From a virus: a stretch of 64,000 nt of DNA. The translations under genes were made by a program, and so were the position numbers. Positions within the stretch are counted from its first letter, which is position 1, and each line of letters begins with the position of its first letter. Below, piece after piece: positions 35,669 through 45,999 of the stretch. The DNA is taken from IMG/VR virus record IMGVR_UViG_3300035665_000004, positions 1 through 64,000 of that record. One strand, given 5' to 3'. Under the pieces are notes generated by a model that saw nothing but the letters and a program-made list of their open reading frames with translations, was not told where the DNA came from and ran no database searches.

Positions 35669-36241
35669 ATGAAAAAAAGAGCATTAATATGTATAATTGG
35701 AGGTTCTGGTTCAGGCAAATCAACATTAGAAGATGAAATCGTAATTCATGATGGATTTTCTAAAGTTATTTCAACCACAACTAGAAAAAAACGTGACGGT
35801 GAACATAATGGTCGTGAATATCATTTTGTGGACATTCAAACCTTTAAAAACATCGAAGCACAGAATGAATTGTTGGAATCCATTGAATTTTCAAACAATT
35901 TTTATGGTTTGACAAAAAGTGAATTTAACAAAACAACAGATAATTTGGTTTTTGTAGTTGAACCGCATGGGTTCGTACAAATTTCAAATTATATTGCTGA
36001 TAACAATTTAAACATAGAAACTATTGTAGTTTTTATGAATATCTCTGAAAAAGAAAGATTTAAAAATATGGTTAAACGTGGAGATAGCCCTATTTCAATT
36101 CAGGACAGATTACAAAATGAAAAAATAGTAGAGGATTTTAATAACTTTGGGATTATTCCAAATATTGCAGTTACTACTTTAAACGAAAATACACATAAAA
36201 AAATAATGAACTCAATAATTAAAATTATCGAACAATACTAA
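35669..36241 (+). CDS. gmk: guanylate kinase
   Basis: GGSGSGKST, VISTTTRKKRDGEHNGREYHFV, LLESIEFSNNFYG. Confidence 0.92.
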   Translation: MKKRALICIIGGSGSGKSTLEDEIVIHDGFSKVISTTTRKKRDGEHNGREYHFVDIQTFKNIEAQNELLESIEFSNNFYGLTKSEFNKTTDNLVFVVEPHGFVQISNYIADNNLNIETIVVFMNISEKERFKNMVKRGDSPISIQDRLQNEKIVEDFNNFGIIPNIAVTTLNENTHKKIMNSIIKIIEQY

Positions 36242-36269
36242 ATCAGCACAACGTACAAAAATTAGGTTT

Positions 36270-36303
36270 AAAACCACTAGACAACTAATGTTTAGTGGTT
36301 TAA
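36270..36303. terminator. terminator between convergent genes
   Basis: aaaccactagaca/tgtttagtggttt. Confidence 0.65.
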
Positions 36304-36310
36304 ATATTTG

Positions 36311-39300
36311 TTAATTTGTAGTTCCATCTAAATTTATCCAAACCCCGTTTTGATAACCCTGGAATTTATTCAATTCTGAATTGTATATAACATCTCCATT
36401 ACTCACAACCAAAGCATCTCTACCAGTATTGTCGAATGTTGGAAATTGAAAAGGAGCACCGGTAATTGCAACTCTTTCGGTAGATTTCAATGTTAGTGTT
36501 GTATTTTTTGCATTGATTACATCTTTAACTATTAATTCCCCATTAGAATTCAGCAACCCATCTATTCTTGTTTTTTCAACATCAATATTGTTTTGTAACG
36601 CAATATCAGCATTTGTTCTAGCGGTAATTTCTGAGGTTAAATTATTTGATAAAGTGGTAACTGTATCCGTTAATGTAGTATCTGCAGCTTTATATGCAGT
36701 ATCTAAATCAGAAATTGCTGCTTTTCTAGCGGTAATTTCTGAGGTTAAATTATTTGATAAAGTGGTAACTGTATCCGTTAATGTAGTATCTGCAGCTTTA
36801 TATGCAGTATCTAAATCAGAAATTGCTGCTTTTCTAGCGGTAATTTCTGAGGTTAAATTATTTGATAAAGTGGTAACTGTATCCGTTAATGTAGTATCTG
36901 CAGCTTTATATGCAGTATCTAAATCAGAAATTGCTGCTTTTCTAGCGGTAATTTCTGAGGTTAAATTATTTGATAAAGTGGTAACTGTATCCGTTAATGT
37001 AGTATCTGTAGTAGTCGACCCACCTGTCCCCAATGATGATACGGTATTTGATAAAGTGGTAATTGCATCTGTCAATGTAGTATCTGCGGCTTTATATGTA
37101 GTTTCTAAATCAGAAATTGCAGTAGTCAATACTGTTATTGCTGCTTTTCTAGCTGTAATTTCATCGGTTAAATTGGATGATAAGTTAGAATCCGCAGTTT
37201 TATATGCAGTATCTAAATCAGAAATTGCAGTAGTTAATGCGTTTACTGATGACGTCAGTGTATTATCTGCAGCTTTATATGCTGTATCTAATTCGGTAAT
37301 ATAAGATTGTAATGTAGTATCTGCCGCTTTATATGCAGTATCAAGAGCACTTACGGTATTAGTTAAGGTAGTAATCGCATTTGTTCTAGCTGTAACTTCA
37401 TTAGATAAATCGGTTTTTATTTTGGTATCTGCCGCTTTATATGCCGTATCAAGAGCACTTACAGTGCCAGTCAAAGTAGTGATTGCATCTGTTCTAGCTG
37501 TAACTTCATTAGATAAATTAGTGGTTAATGTAGTATCTGCTGCTTTATATGCAGTATCAAGAGCACTTACGGTATTAGTTAAGGTAGTAATTGCATTTGT
37601 TCTATCAGTTACCTCTGCCGACAAATTATTAGTTAATGTAGTATCTGCTGCTTTATATGCAGTATCAAGAGCACTTACGGTATTAGTTAGGGTGGTAATC
37701 GCAGTAGTTCTAGCTGTAACTTCATTAGATAAATTTGTGGTTAGTGTAGCATCTGCGGCTTTATATGCTGTATCAAGAGCACTCACTGCATTTGTTCTAG
37801 CTGTAACTTCATCAGATAAATTTGTGGTTAGTGTAGCATCTGCGGCTTTATATGCTGTATCAAGAGCACTCACGGTATTAGTTAGGGTGGTAATCGCAGT
37901 AGTTCTAGCTGTAACTTCATTAGCCAACGCAGTATTGTTTGATGTTACATAACCCGCAAAGGCGGTATCATTAGTAGTATCAACTGAATTGATTAAAGTA
38001 ACAATTTCAGCAAATGAATCTTTATCAGCAGATGATGCTGATAAAATTGCATCAATTCTAGTTTTTTCAGTATTGATAGCATTTGTTAATGTGGTGTTTG
38101 CAGATTGTCTAGTTGATACCTCGGAGGATAATGATGCCTCAATAGCAGTTTTGCTATTTTTAATATTGTTTTCAATTTTAGCCAAGGTATTATAATCTGC
38201 GGATGCGGTACTTATAATAGTATCCTGTGATGTAGTTATGGAATTAATAATGTCCGAATAGGATTTAGTACCACCACCAGCATTATTTGGATCTGTGAGT
38301 AAATATTTTGAACTATATACCCCACCATTATCTTTAACCTTTTGATATATATTAGCTAAAGTTATAGTAGAGCCACCATCGGTTAATGTATCCGCTTGAA
38401 CTGCTTTATCAACTTTAATAGCAACGATCGCGAGTTTAACTTTACTATTATCAAAAAAACCAGTTACTTCACTTTGAGTCAACCCATTAGCACCAGTAGA
38501 TTGACTAAGAATGCGTTGTCTAACAGTATCAACAATATTTTCTGGTGTTTGGTTTGCAACTGTTACTGCGTTTGAAGCAGTATTTACAGTGGTAGCTTTG
38601 ATACGGGCATCCAATTCAACCAAATTCACACTCTCTGTAGTAGAACCTAACCTCGTTGCTCTGTCGGCAACAGCAGCAGTTAATGTCGCTACTTTATCTT
38701 TTAACTCTGTATGGGCGATAATCCAACTTTTAAATTCATCACCCGTTTTTATAGGAGTCGTTACATCCGTAGTTATTATTCTTCTCGATTTATATGCCTC
38801 GACTGTTGAATCATCCTTAATAAAAGTGATTATATCTGCAAAAGATTTCAAACCACTATTAGATGTAAGTGCATAAGCTGATGACGATGCGTTAGTCAAA
38901 ACAGTTTTTAATTGATCCTGAGTAACCAGCCAATCTCGCAATTGATATAAATCATATAGATTTGCACCATTTCTTAATCTTGTGGCCTCATAAACTCGCA
39001 ATTCAGATTCCTTTAACTCGGTAGTACCATCATCAGATAATAATTTAGTTGCAATTCTTGCTTTTTCTACAACTAATTTACTAGGTAATGTATTTGCCAG
39101 TAACGTTGCATTATCTGCGGTTACTGCACGGGAAACATATAATGTTGATTCCAATTTACCACCCAGTTTTTCAGAATCAGCCACCGTAAAAGTATTGATA
39201 TTTTTTATTAAATTGGACATACTAAAAGGTATGTTTATAATACCGTTGTTATATCTGATTCGATTGGCTATATCAACTTCTAAATTTATAGAATCAACAC

Positions 39301-39601
39301 CATTTAACAGTTTAGAATTATAAACACTTAGTAAATTTTCTTTGATATAAACTGGGTCACCATTACTGTTTACTTTTGCATTACCACTACTATCAAAACT
39401 TTGAAGTAATCCAGTTTTTTCAGATAAAACCGATTTATTGACACTTAGTTGACTTTCAATCTTATACCCCAATTTAGATGAATTCAATACATCTAATTCA
39501 CTCATTCTTTTACCTTCTAATAAAAGAGAATCGCCGACTCTTTTAGTTCCAGCAAATATTTTGTTGAATTCAACTACAATTCGATTTACTAATATTTTCA
39601 T
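36311..39601 (-). CDS. long tail/virion fibre with repetitive coiled-coil stalk
   Basis: 1096 aa; 12 LDTAYKAAD-type repeats; C-terminal GDVIYNSELNKFQGYQNGVWINL fibre-type motif. Confidence 0.8.
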   Translation of the reverse strand: MKILVNRIVVEFNKIFAGTKRVGDSLLLEGKRMSELDVLNSSKLGYKIESQLSVNKSVLSEKTGLLQSFDSSGNAKVNSNGDPVYIKENLLSVYNSKLLNGVDSINLEVDIANRIRYNNGIINIPFSMSNLIKNINTFTVADSEKLGGKLESTLYVSRAVTADNATLLANTLPSKLVVEKARIATKLLSDDGTTELKESELRVYEATRLRNGANLYDLYQLRDWLVTQDQLKTVLTNASSSAYALTSNSGLKSFADIITFIKDDSTVEAYKSRRIITTDVTTPIKTGDEFKSWIIAHTELKDKVATLTAAVADRATRLGSTTESVNLVELDARIKATTVNTASNAVTVANQTPENIVDTVRQRILSQSTGANGLTQSEVTGFFDNSKVKLAIVAIKVDKAVQADTLTDGGSTITLANIYQKVKDNGGVYSSKYLLTDPNNAGGGTKSYSDIINSITTSQDTIISTASADYNTLAKIENNIKNSKTAIEASLSSEVSTRQSANTTLTNAINTEKTRIDAILSASSADKDSFAEIVTLINSVDTTNDTAFAGYVTSNNTALANEVTARTTAITTLTNTVSALDTAYKAADATLTTNLSDEVTARTNAVSALDTAYKAADATLTTNLSNEVTARTTAITTLTNTVSALDTAYKAADTTLTNNLSAEVTDRTNAITTLTNTVSALDTAYKAADTTLTTNLSNEVTARTDAITTLTGTVSALDTAYKAADTKIKTDLSNEVTARTNAITTLTNTVSALDTAYKAADTTLQSYITELDTAYKAADNTLTSSVNALTTAISDLDTAYKTADSNLSSNLTDEITARKAAITVLTTAISDLETTYKAADTTLTDAITTLSNTVSSLGTGGSTTTDTTLTDTVTTLSNNLTSEITARKAAISDLDTAYKAADTTLTDTVTTLSNNLTSEITARKAAISDLDTAYKAADTTLTDTVTTLSNNLTSEITARKAAISDLDTAYKAADTTLTDTVTTLSNNLTSEITARTNADIALQNNIDVEKTRIDGLLNSNGELIVKDVINAKNTTLTLKSTERVAITGAPFQFPTFDNTGRDALVVSNGDVIYNSELNKFQGYQNGVWINLDGTTN
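36621..37900 (-). repeat. intragenic tandem repeats (108-bp units and variants)
   Basis: identical 108-bp units starting at 36621, 36729 and 36837, partial at 36945; a second, degenerate 36/29/18-aa series at 37320-37900. Confidence 0.95.
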
Positions 39602-39622
39602 ATATTTTTTGTCCTTTAATTA

Positions 39623-40273
39623 TTAAGATTTGTTAACATCATCAGACAAAATTGATTTATTGAATTCTGCAACTAATGACATATCAAAACTATTATCTCC
39701 ACTATCATGTAAATAATCATTGGTATAAGTAATAGATTCTGTTTTTGCGGTATTAACTAATTTCTTATATTCAGTTTGTATATCTAGTAAAGACCAATCA
39801 TTCAATTTTTTAGCATTAATCTCATTTGCAGTTTGGACGAGAATACCATCAACTTCTTTTTTCTTGTAATAATCACCAATAACATTACCACCCAAAATGT
39901 CTTTAGCAATATCATCGACATTTTTACCCTCTAAGGTAATAGCGTCAACAGCACTTAAATCAATAATATTATTCCACCAAAAATTACCAGATGAAGGTGA
40001 ATTATTTTGGTTTTGATTTTGTCGAGAAACATACACAACACCAGTAAATGCAACAATATCATTAACGTTATATTTGTAACCAGAATCCCATTCGGGAACC
40101 TTAACACCACCGGTAGATGATGTAGATGTACTAACTGCTGTACCAGGTGTTTGTGTTACTGCATTACCACCTTTATAATTATTATCGGAAACATACCATA
40201 TACCATTATCCCAATCAAGAATAATTTTTGCTTCACTCGTTGTCAAAACTGTCGAATTACTTGTCGTAGCCAT
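39623..40273 (-). CDS. virion protein with CBM5/12-like carbohydrate-binding motif
   Basis: WDSGYKYNVNDIVAFTGVVYVSRQ...W; GATAAATA upstream. Confidence 0.6.
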   Translation of the reverse strand: MATTSNSTVLTTSEAKIILDWDNGIWYVSDNNYKGGNAVTQTPGTAVSTSTSSTGGVKVPEWDSGYKYNVNDIVAFTGVVYVSRQNQNQNNSPSSGNFWWNNIIDLSAVDAITLEGKNVDDIAKDILGGNVIGDYYKKKEVDGILVQTANEINAKKLNDWSLLDIQTEYKKLVNTAKTESITYTNDYLHDSGDNSFDMSLVAEFNKSILSDDVNKS

Positions 40274-40380
40274 GTTGTGCACCTTTGTTATTTTAATATT
40301 CAAACATATCTTTATTTATCATTCACAATTTTTTTAGTAAAATATATTTTAAAACAAAATTACCAATTTGGAGATTTTAA

Positions 40381-41076
40381 ATGGCTGAAACACCAGATAC
40401 TACAAAAATTCAAAGTAAATACCATTCATTATTTATTGAACAAATTTTAGAATCAAAAAAGAAAAAGAAAGAAAAAAACACTTTTGAAATTAAACCAGCT
40501 CATTCCAAATTTAGAATGTTTATCGATTCATTTGCAGAAGATGAAAAAGGTTTACATGAAATTTTAAACATCTTGTGGGGAGCAAAAAAATATGATACTC
40601 TCGAATTACGAATAAATAGTGGTGGTGGTTTTATTAAAGAAGGGCAACAATTAGCAAATGTTATTCAGAATAAATTTCATAACAGAACAACCACAGTATT
40701 AGATAGTGCAGCATACTCAATGGGTGCGATTACTTTCTGTTTAGGTGACACAAGGGTTGTAACAGAAAACTGTGATTTGATGTTTCATGATTTCTCTATA
40801 GGATTATGTGGAAAAGGACAAGAAATTGAAGCACAAGTTGAGCATAATAAAACCCATTTACGAAATTTCTTTAAAAAAATATTAGTTCCATCAGGCTATT
40901 TAACAGAGTTTGAATTCGAACAAATGATAATTGGTAAAGATTTTTGGATGGATGTTACAGAAATGTGTGAACGAGGTATTGCAACGCACGTTTTGGTTAA
41001 AGGTGAAAACATAAAAGCAAAAAATTACTTAACTCAAATCAAAAATAAAAATGTCAAAACTAAAAAAAGAAAATAA
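40381..41076 (+). CDS. ClpP-like protease
   Basis: LRINSGGG, AYSMG (Ser), MFHD (His), DFWM. Confidence 0.85.
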   Translation: MAETPDTTKIQSKYHSLFIEQILESKKKKKEKNTFEIKPAHSKFRMFIDSFAEDEKGLHEILNILWGAKKYDTLELRINSGGGFIKEGQQLANVIQNKFHNRTTTVLDSAAYSMGAITFCLGDTRVVTENCDLMFHDFSIGLCGKGQEIEAQVEHNKTHLRNFFKKILVPSGYLTEFEFEQMIIGKDFWMDVTEMCERGIATHVLVKGENIKAKNYLTQIKNKNVKTKKRK

Positions 41077-41620
41077 AAATACGTTGCCGGTTACAAAAAA
41101 AGAAAAACCCATTAAAAAAATAAAAAGTATGCCTCAAACATATGTCGAGGATACATTTGATATTACTAATAATGTCAATACTACACAAATCATAATTGAA
41201 AATAAAGTTAACGTTAAAACTAAAAAAATTATAACAAAAGATGAATTATTACAAATGAATCAATTTAAAATGAAAGTTGATAGATTAGTAAAAAATATCA
41301 TGTTTGAAAAAAGTTTTAATGAATTACTGGATTTTGTTAATATCGGTAAAAGATACAAAACCTATATTATTGATGAATATACCGATGAAATTGACGTAAT
41401 GTTAGAGGTAATCATCCTAACATTTAAAAAGAGACTACCAAAGATAATAATGCACTATAATGATTATCAAAAAATATCAGCCTATTTTGATAGTTTAGCA
41501 TCATTATATTCGAGGTTTAAAAATTCTGAACAACTCATCAAGGATGATTTAAAACAGGAACGAGAAAAATTACTTTCAGCGGAACTGTATATGCGTGTAA
41601 ATTTTTTCAACCATCTTTGA
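41051..41620 (+). CDS. hypothetical protein
   Basis: 189 aa ORF. Confidence 0.7.
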   Translation: MSKLKKENKNTLPVTKKEKPIKKIKSMPQTYVEDTFDITNNVNTTQIIIENKVNVKTKKIITKDELLQMNQFKMKVDRLVKNIMFEKSFNELLDFVNIGKRYKTYIIDEYTDEIDVMLEVIILTFKKRLPKIIMHYNDYQKISAYFDSLASLYSRFKNSEQLIKDDLKQEREKLLSAELYMRVNFFNHL

Positions 41621-41717
41621 ATATATTTTTTTAAAAACCTAAAATCGAAATACCCAAAAGTACATTATCCACAGGATTTTTCAACCAGTGTTAATTGAAA
41701 AAATCCTGTGGCATTAG

Positions 41718-42029
41718 TCACAGCCAACGTTTTAATTTTTCAATTAACACCGATTTTAAAACCATACCGGTGATAGATTGTTCCATTTCACCTTTTTTAA
41801 AAATTAAAATAGTTGGTACACCTTTAATATTAAATTTTGTTGCTAACTCTTCATGTTCATCTACATCGACATTATAAAACGACACAATATCATCATATTC
41901 AATAGATAACTCCTGTAATATGGGTAATAATATTTTGCACGGTGAACACCAACTTGCGTAAAATTCAACTACAACTACACCTTTAGAAACTGCTTGATCA
42001 AAGTTTGATAAATCAACTGGTTTTATCAT
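41718..42029 (-). CDS. trxA: thioredoxin
   Basis: VEFYASWCSPCK, KGVPT. Confidence 0.92.
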   Translation of the reverse strand: MIKPVDLSNFDQAVSKGVVVVEFYASWCSPCKILLPILQELSIEYDDIVSFYNVDVDEHEELATKFNIKGVPTILIFKKGEMEQSITGMVLKSVLIEKLKRWL

Positions 42030-42121
42030 ATATTTTTTTCCTCAAAAATGAATATTTATGGGTTTTGTCGGTTAAATGAAAATAATAGTATAATATTCTT
42101 AATGAAAAAAAGGGATAAACA

Positions 42122-42406
42122 ATGAATGAAGAAAAACATAAAAAAAATAAGGTAATAAGTTACAATATACCTGAGATTGATAGTGCTATTAAAAATTTAG
42201 AAGATTTTCCACACATAATTAAAAATTTACAATTATTTTGGGGGACACAGGAATTTTACGAAATTGTTGATAATATTCTGTTTGCAAATAGATATGATAG
42301 AAATGGATTACCAAAACCTACATTCACAACATTATTAAATATTTGTGAGATACACAAGAAAAAATTTCCAAAAAAAGAAACAGTTGACATTTGGAATGGT
42401 AGATGA
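42122..42406 (+). CDS. small protein of a proteobacterial-type family
   Basis: LFWGTQEF...LFANRYDRNGLP motif. Confidence 0.6.
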   Translation: MNEEKHKKNKVISYNIPEIDSAIKNLEDFPHIIKNLQLFWGTQEFYEIVDNILFANRYDRNGLPKPTFTTLLNICEIHKKKFPKKETVDIWNGR

Positions 42407-42444
42407 ATATCATTTTTCATCCACCATATTTAAAAAATTAATTC

Positions 42445-42861
42445 TCAACTAAGACATTCTTTGACTATTTTTGAAGTGAGTTGAGCATCTAGTGCACTAC
42501 CATAAGTTTCTTTTAATTGTGACATTACTTTACCCATCATTTTTACCGTTTTTTCATCTAAAGTCGAAATGATGGTTTCTACTGCAATTCGAGTTTCACT
42601 TTCTGTCATTACTTTCGGTAAAAAACTTTCACATACTTCAAACACAAAAGGATTAAATGGTGCACCCGAATCTTTAGATTGATGACCCATTTTTAATTCT
42701 TTTTTTGCCGCAGAAACAATGTCACTTTCAGTTACACTTCGATTGCCATCTTCTTTTGCTATCAACTGGACTAATGAAAAAATAGATGTCAATACCTTCG
42801 ATTTTTCAGGATTTTCTTTTTTCATTTTCATTAATTCGGTTCGTAACTCCTCAATATTCAT
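42445..42861 (-). CDS. GatB/YqeY domain protein
   Basis: ESFLPKVMTESE...MGKVMSQLKE...DAQLTSKIVKECL. Confidence 0.85.
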   Translation of the reverse strand: MNIEELRTELMKMKKENPEKSKVLTSIFSLVQLIAKEDGNRSVTESDIVSAAKKELKMGHQSKDSGAPFNPFVFEVCESFLPKVMTESETRIAVETIISTLDEKTVKMMGKVMSQLKETYGSALDAQLTSKIVKECLS

Positions 42862-42951
42862 TTTTTACCTCCACATTGTTTAAATATACATTTGGTATTA
42901 TACAAAAAACATTGTATAATAGTATAATGAATTAATTTGGAGGTAAGTAAT

Positions 42952-43752
42952 TTGAGTGAATTAGAGAAACTGATAAATGAATTAACCGAAGAAGATATTG
43001 AATACTTAGAAAAAACAGTATTTACTGAAGATGGAGGTATAATCCCATTAAATGAATTAGATAAATTAATTTCATATGAGGCAATGATGCATTCACAAAA
43101 AGATGCAGTGCAATATGCCTTAAAAATTAATTTAAACTCGGTTTATGGTGTACAAATTATGCCACACTTTAAATTTGCCGATGAATATGGTTCTTTGGGT
43201 GCAAGTACAACACTTAGTGGCAGAATACTATCTAAATTTGGGTTGATTGAAACTATTGAACAATATTTTAACCAAGATAGAGAAATTAGATGGGAATTTC
43301 CACTTTCAAATGATATTACAGTAGCTGCAGATGATATTTCGTTTTTTAAAAATCCAGAAAATCAAATGCTAAGAACAGCAGTTATTTCAGATACAGATAG
43401 TGTCTCTGGTGATTCATTGGTAAAAACTGATAGATTTGGTGACATTTCTCTTACCGATTTAGAAGAAAAAGCTGATAGAATTGAAATTAAGAACAACAAA
43501 GAGTTTTATTTTTTTGATTCTCCACTAAACATAACAAATTATATAGATGGAAACCTGTTGTTTGATACTGTCGAATTTATATACGCTCATAACATAGAAA
43601 AAGATATGTATGAAATAGAATTAGAAGATGGTAAAATTATTCGTTGTACAAGTGATCATAGCATTATGATTTGTAATGATTGTGGTGAACCAATCATCGA
43701 AAAGAAACCAAATGAATTAACATCCGATGATTTTTGTATGATTGAAGATTAA
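42952..43752 (+). CDS. family B DNA polymerase middle fragment fused to a split-intein N-half
   Basis: motif B KINLNSVYG, TTLSGR, motif C SDTD then intein block A SVSGDS; TTG start 7 nt after GGAGGT; own promoter and terminator. Confidence 0.88.
   Translation: MSELEKLINELTEEDIEYLEKTVFTEDGGIIPLNELDKLISYEAMMHSQKDAVQYALKINLNSVYGVQIMPHFKFADEYGSLGASTTLSGRILSKFGLIETIEQYFNQDREIRWEFPLSNDITVAADDISFFKNPENQMLRTAVISDTDSVSGDSLVKTDRFGDISLTDLEEKADRIEIKNNKEFYFFDSPLNITNYIDGNLLFDTVEFIYAHNIEKDMYEIELEDGKIIRCTSDHSIMICNDCGEPIIEKKPNELTSDDFCMIED
43399..43749 (+). mobile_element. split intein, N-terminal half (117 aa) at the pol-c site
   Basis: block A S-V-S-G-D-S, block B MYEIELEDGKIIRCTSDHS; stop codon before any block F/G. 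Confidence 0.85.
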
Positions 43753-43782
43753 AAAAAGCCTCACTAATCAGTGAGGCTTTTT
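43752..43782. terminator. bidirectional terminator
   Basis: aaaaagcctcact-aatc-agtgaggctttt. Confidence 0.85.
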
Positions 43783-43798
43783 CACATTTACCAAAAAA

Positions 43799-45121
43799 TT
43801 ATAAAACTCTTTTTGCATTCCAATCTGAGCCGTCAGTAGCATAACCACCAACATTAACACCCTCAACAACAATTGTAGCGGTACCACTCATTAATAAAAA
43901 CTCGGTTACATATGGAACAACATCAATATCGTTAAGAATAATATATTTGAATTGAATAAAATAACCTGATAAATCACCACCTGCAGAAATCCCTGGTAAT
44001 GTTTTTGCGTACGCACATGGCAACCAATCACTCCACACAGCACCATAATTTGCAGATACTTTAACTTGGACACTTACTTTCGAGTAATTGTTTGTTTTCC
44101 ATGTAGTAATCAATGGATGTGAAACATTAAAACTTCCTAAATCGAATACATCGGAAACTCTATCACCAAATGGTCTTATTGTTCTAATAAGTGAATTTGC
44201 ATCAAATGCAGCATAACCAAAAGTTTCTTGACCATGCAATCTTTCATTGTCAGTTTGTTGATCTTCTTCTGCATAAATTTTGACTAATTCTTTAGTCCAT
44301 GCACCTGCACCACGTGCCCAATAACCATCGGCACCATTCATTGACTGTCCTTTAACAACGATGTCTGGACGATTACTGAAACCAGATTTGAAATTAATGA
44401 TATTTTCTTTTTTGTTTTCTACCCCTGCATTAGTACCAGTATTAACAATACCTACCTCCCCTCTAACATCAGTTAAATGTCCTTTGCCAGACATTGGTTC
44501 GAAAGCAATCCAGGCAACAGTTTCATATGCTGATGCTTTTTTAGTTTCTGCAAATTCCTGTGCAATTTCAAACCCATCAGTAGTTACTTTTTGTACCATT
44601 GTAGTTGCGAATGTTTCATTTTTATAGGTATTTAAAGTGTGTAAAACTACTGGTGTTTGTGCGAATAATTTTACAAATTTTATATAATCGCCAGAAAAAG
44701 TTTCCATACCACCACGTCTACTATTTGCCGTGTTATGTAACCCAGCTTCAATTCGATAACCACCTAAAGTAATGTGTGACCCTGCTTCTATGACAATATA
44801 TGAAACTGTTTCAGTGCCATGTTTGCCATCACTCGGTTCTTCCATAAATAATGTACATTGTGTAGGAGTTACATCTTTAACTCTTACGTCGACAGATGAA
44901 TCTAAATTTCTAGTAACAATGTATGCAACCACAACCGGATTGTGATATTCTTTTTTAAATTTTAATATGGTTTGTGCAGACGCATCAATAGAACCAGTCA
45001 AATCGACTCTTCCAGTTTCACCCCTAACATCTTCTGTTAATGCGAGACCTAACCCAGTAACATTAGTACCAGTATGATGACCACTTCTTAACGCACTCTT
45101 AATTGTTGTAATATGTTCCAT
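43799..45121 (-). CDS. virion protein with three H-type-lectin-like repeats
   Basis: repeats ILKFKKEYHNPVVV / IKFVKLFAQTPVVL / INFKSGFSNRPDIV, each followed by F.....EE...H..ET..YxA. Confidence 0.6.
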   Translation of the reverse strand: MEHITTIKSALRSGHHTGTNVTGLGLALTEDVRGETGRVDLTGSIDASAQTILKFKKEYHNPVVVAYIVTRNLDSSVDVRVKDVTPTQCTLFMEEPSDGKHGTETVSYIVIEAGSHITLGGYRIEAGLHNTANSRRGGMETFSGDYIKFVKLFAQTPVVLHTLNTYKNETFATTMVQKVTTDGFEIAQEFAETKKASAYETVAWIAFEPMSGKGHLTDVRGEVGIVNTGTNAGVENKKENIINFKSGFSNRPDIVVKGQSMNGADGYWARGAGAWTKELVKIYAEEDQQTDNERLHGQETFGYAAFDANSLIRTIRPFGDRVSDVFDLGSFNVSHPLITTWKTNNYSKVSVQVKVSANYGAVWSDWLPCAYAKTLPGISAGGDLSGYFIQFKYIILNDIDVVPYVTEFLLMSGTATIVVEGVNVGGYATDGSDWNAKRVL

Positions 45122-45263
45122 AAATATTTCTCCAGGATTTTTTTAATGAGTATTTCTCTTATTTATCTTTTATTGTAAAATTTAGTTTTATCATATTTAT
45201 GCAAATTTTAAAGATTTATATTATAATATCATATGACATTTTAAAACAATCGCAAGGATTTGT

Positions 45264-45983
45264 ATGATATGCAACTGTGGAAAAAACTATGAAACAGAAA
45301 AAAAGTTTATCAACCACCAACGAACATGTAAATATGTAGAGTTAGATTTAAAAAAGGTATTGACTTTTGGGTATATGTTGGATGAAGTAGATAGACATTT
45401 ATTTCACGTTCCGTTAAGCACAATAAAAAAATATTCTAAAGATAATAATGTAAATATTGAAAATGCAAAAAAAGAGTTAAAACATGTTATTATTACACAT
45501 TATAAAAAATCGTTGTGGGATATTTTATTGGTTTGGGAACATGAACTACTCGTTAGTGAATATCGACAATTTGCGAAATGGGTATGGAAAACATATAAAG
45601 ATATTTCCCTTATTTCGTTAAGAAATATATTAAGTAATAAAAAAATAATTTATAAGTATCATTTAGAAAGTACCCCATCTACCATAAAAAAAAGAATTAA
45701 CGACAGTTTAATTTATATACATGAAATCGGAGAATTTCATAATGATTTTGAATTTGTAGATGTTCTTTTTTCTGGTAAAGTATCAATTTTCTATGTATTG
45801 TTTAACGATTGGTTAGCAACTCAGTGGTATGGTAGATTAGACAGTGATTTACAAAACGGTTTACTCGAAAATGTAAATTTGGCGAGTAAGATTATATTGG
45901 ATAGACTAAAACCCGATGAATTTGATATGCTACAAAAGTTAGCATGTTCGAATACACCAGTTATCCATGCGATAGATTTTTAA
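45264..45983 (+). CDS. hypothetical protein with N-terminal zinc finger
   Basis: CNCGKNY....FINHQRTC. Confidence 0.75.
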   Translation: MICNCGKNYETEKKFINHQRTCKYVELDLKKVLTFGYMLDEVDRHLFHVPLSTIKKYSKDNNVNIENAKKELKHVIITHYKKSLWDILLVWEHELLVSEYRQFAKWVWKTYKDISLISLRNILSNKKIIYKYHLESTPSTIKKRINDSLIYIHEIGEFHNDFEFVDVLFSGKVSIFYVLFNDWLATQWYGRLDSDLQNGLLENVNLASKIILDRLKPDEFDMLQKLACSNTPVIHAIDF

Positions 45984-45999
45984 TTTAAGGAACACAAAT

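Noticed and set aside
36513-38876. + strand ORFs (36513, 37422, 37989, 38511)
   Set aside because: Antisense shadows of the repetitive fibre gene.
41665-41673. Perfect DnaA box TTATCCACA in an intergenic gap
   Set aside because: Single copy with no cluster or AT-rich unwinding element; another occurs inside a CDS near 1273, so chance is likely.
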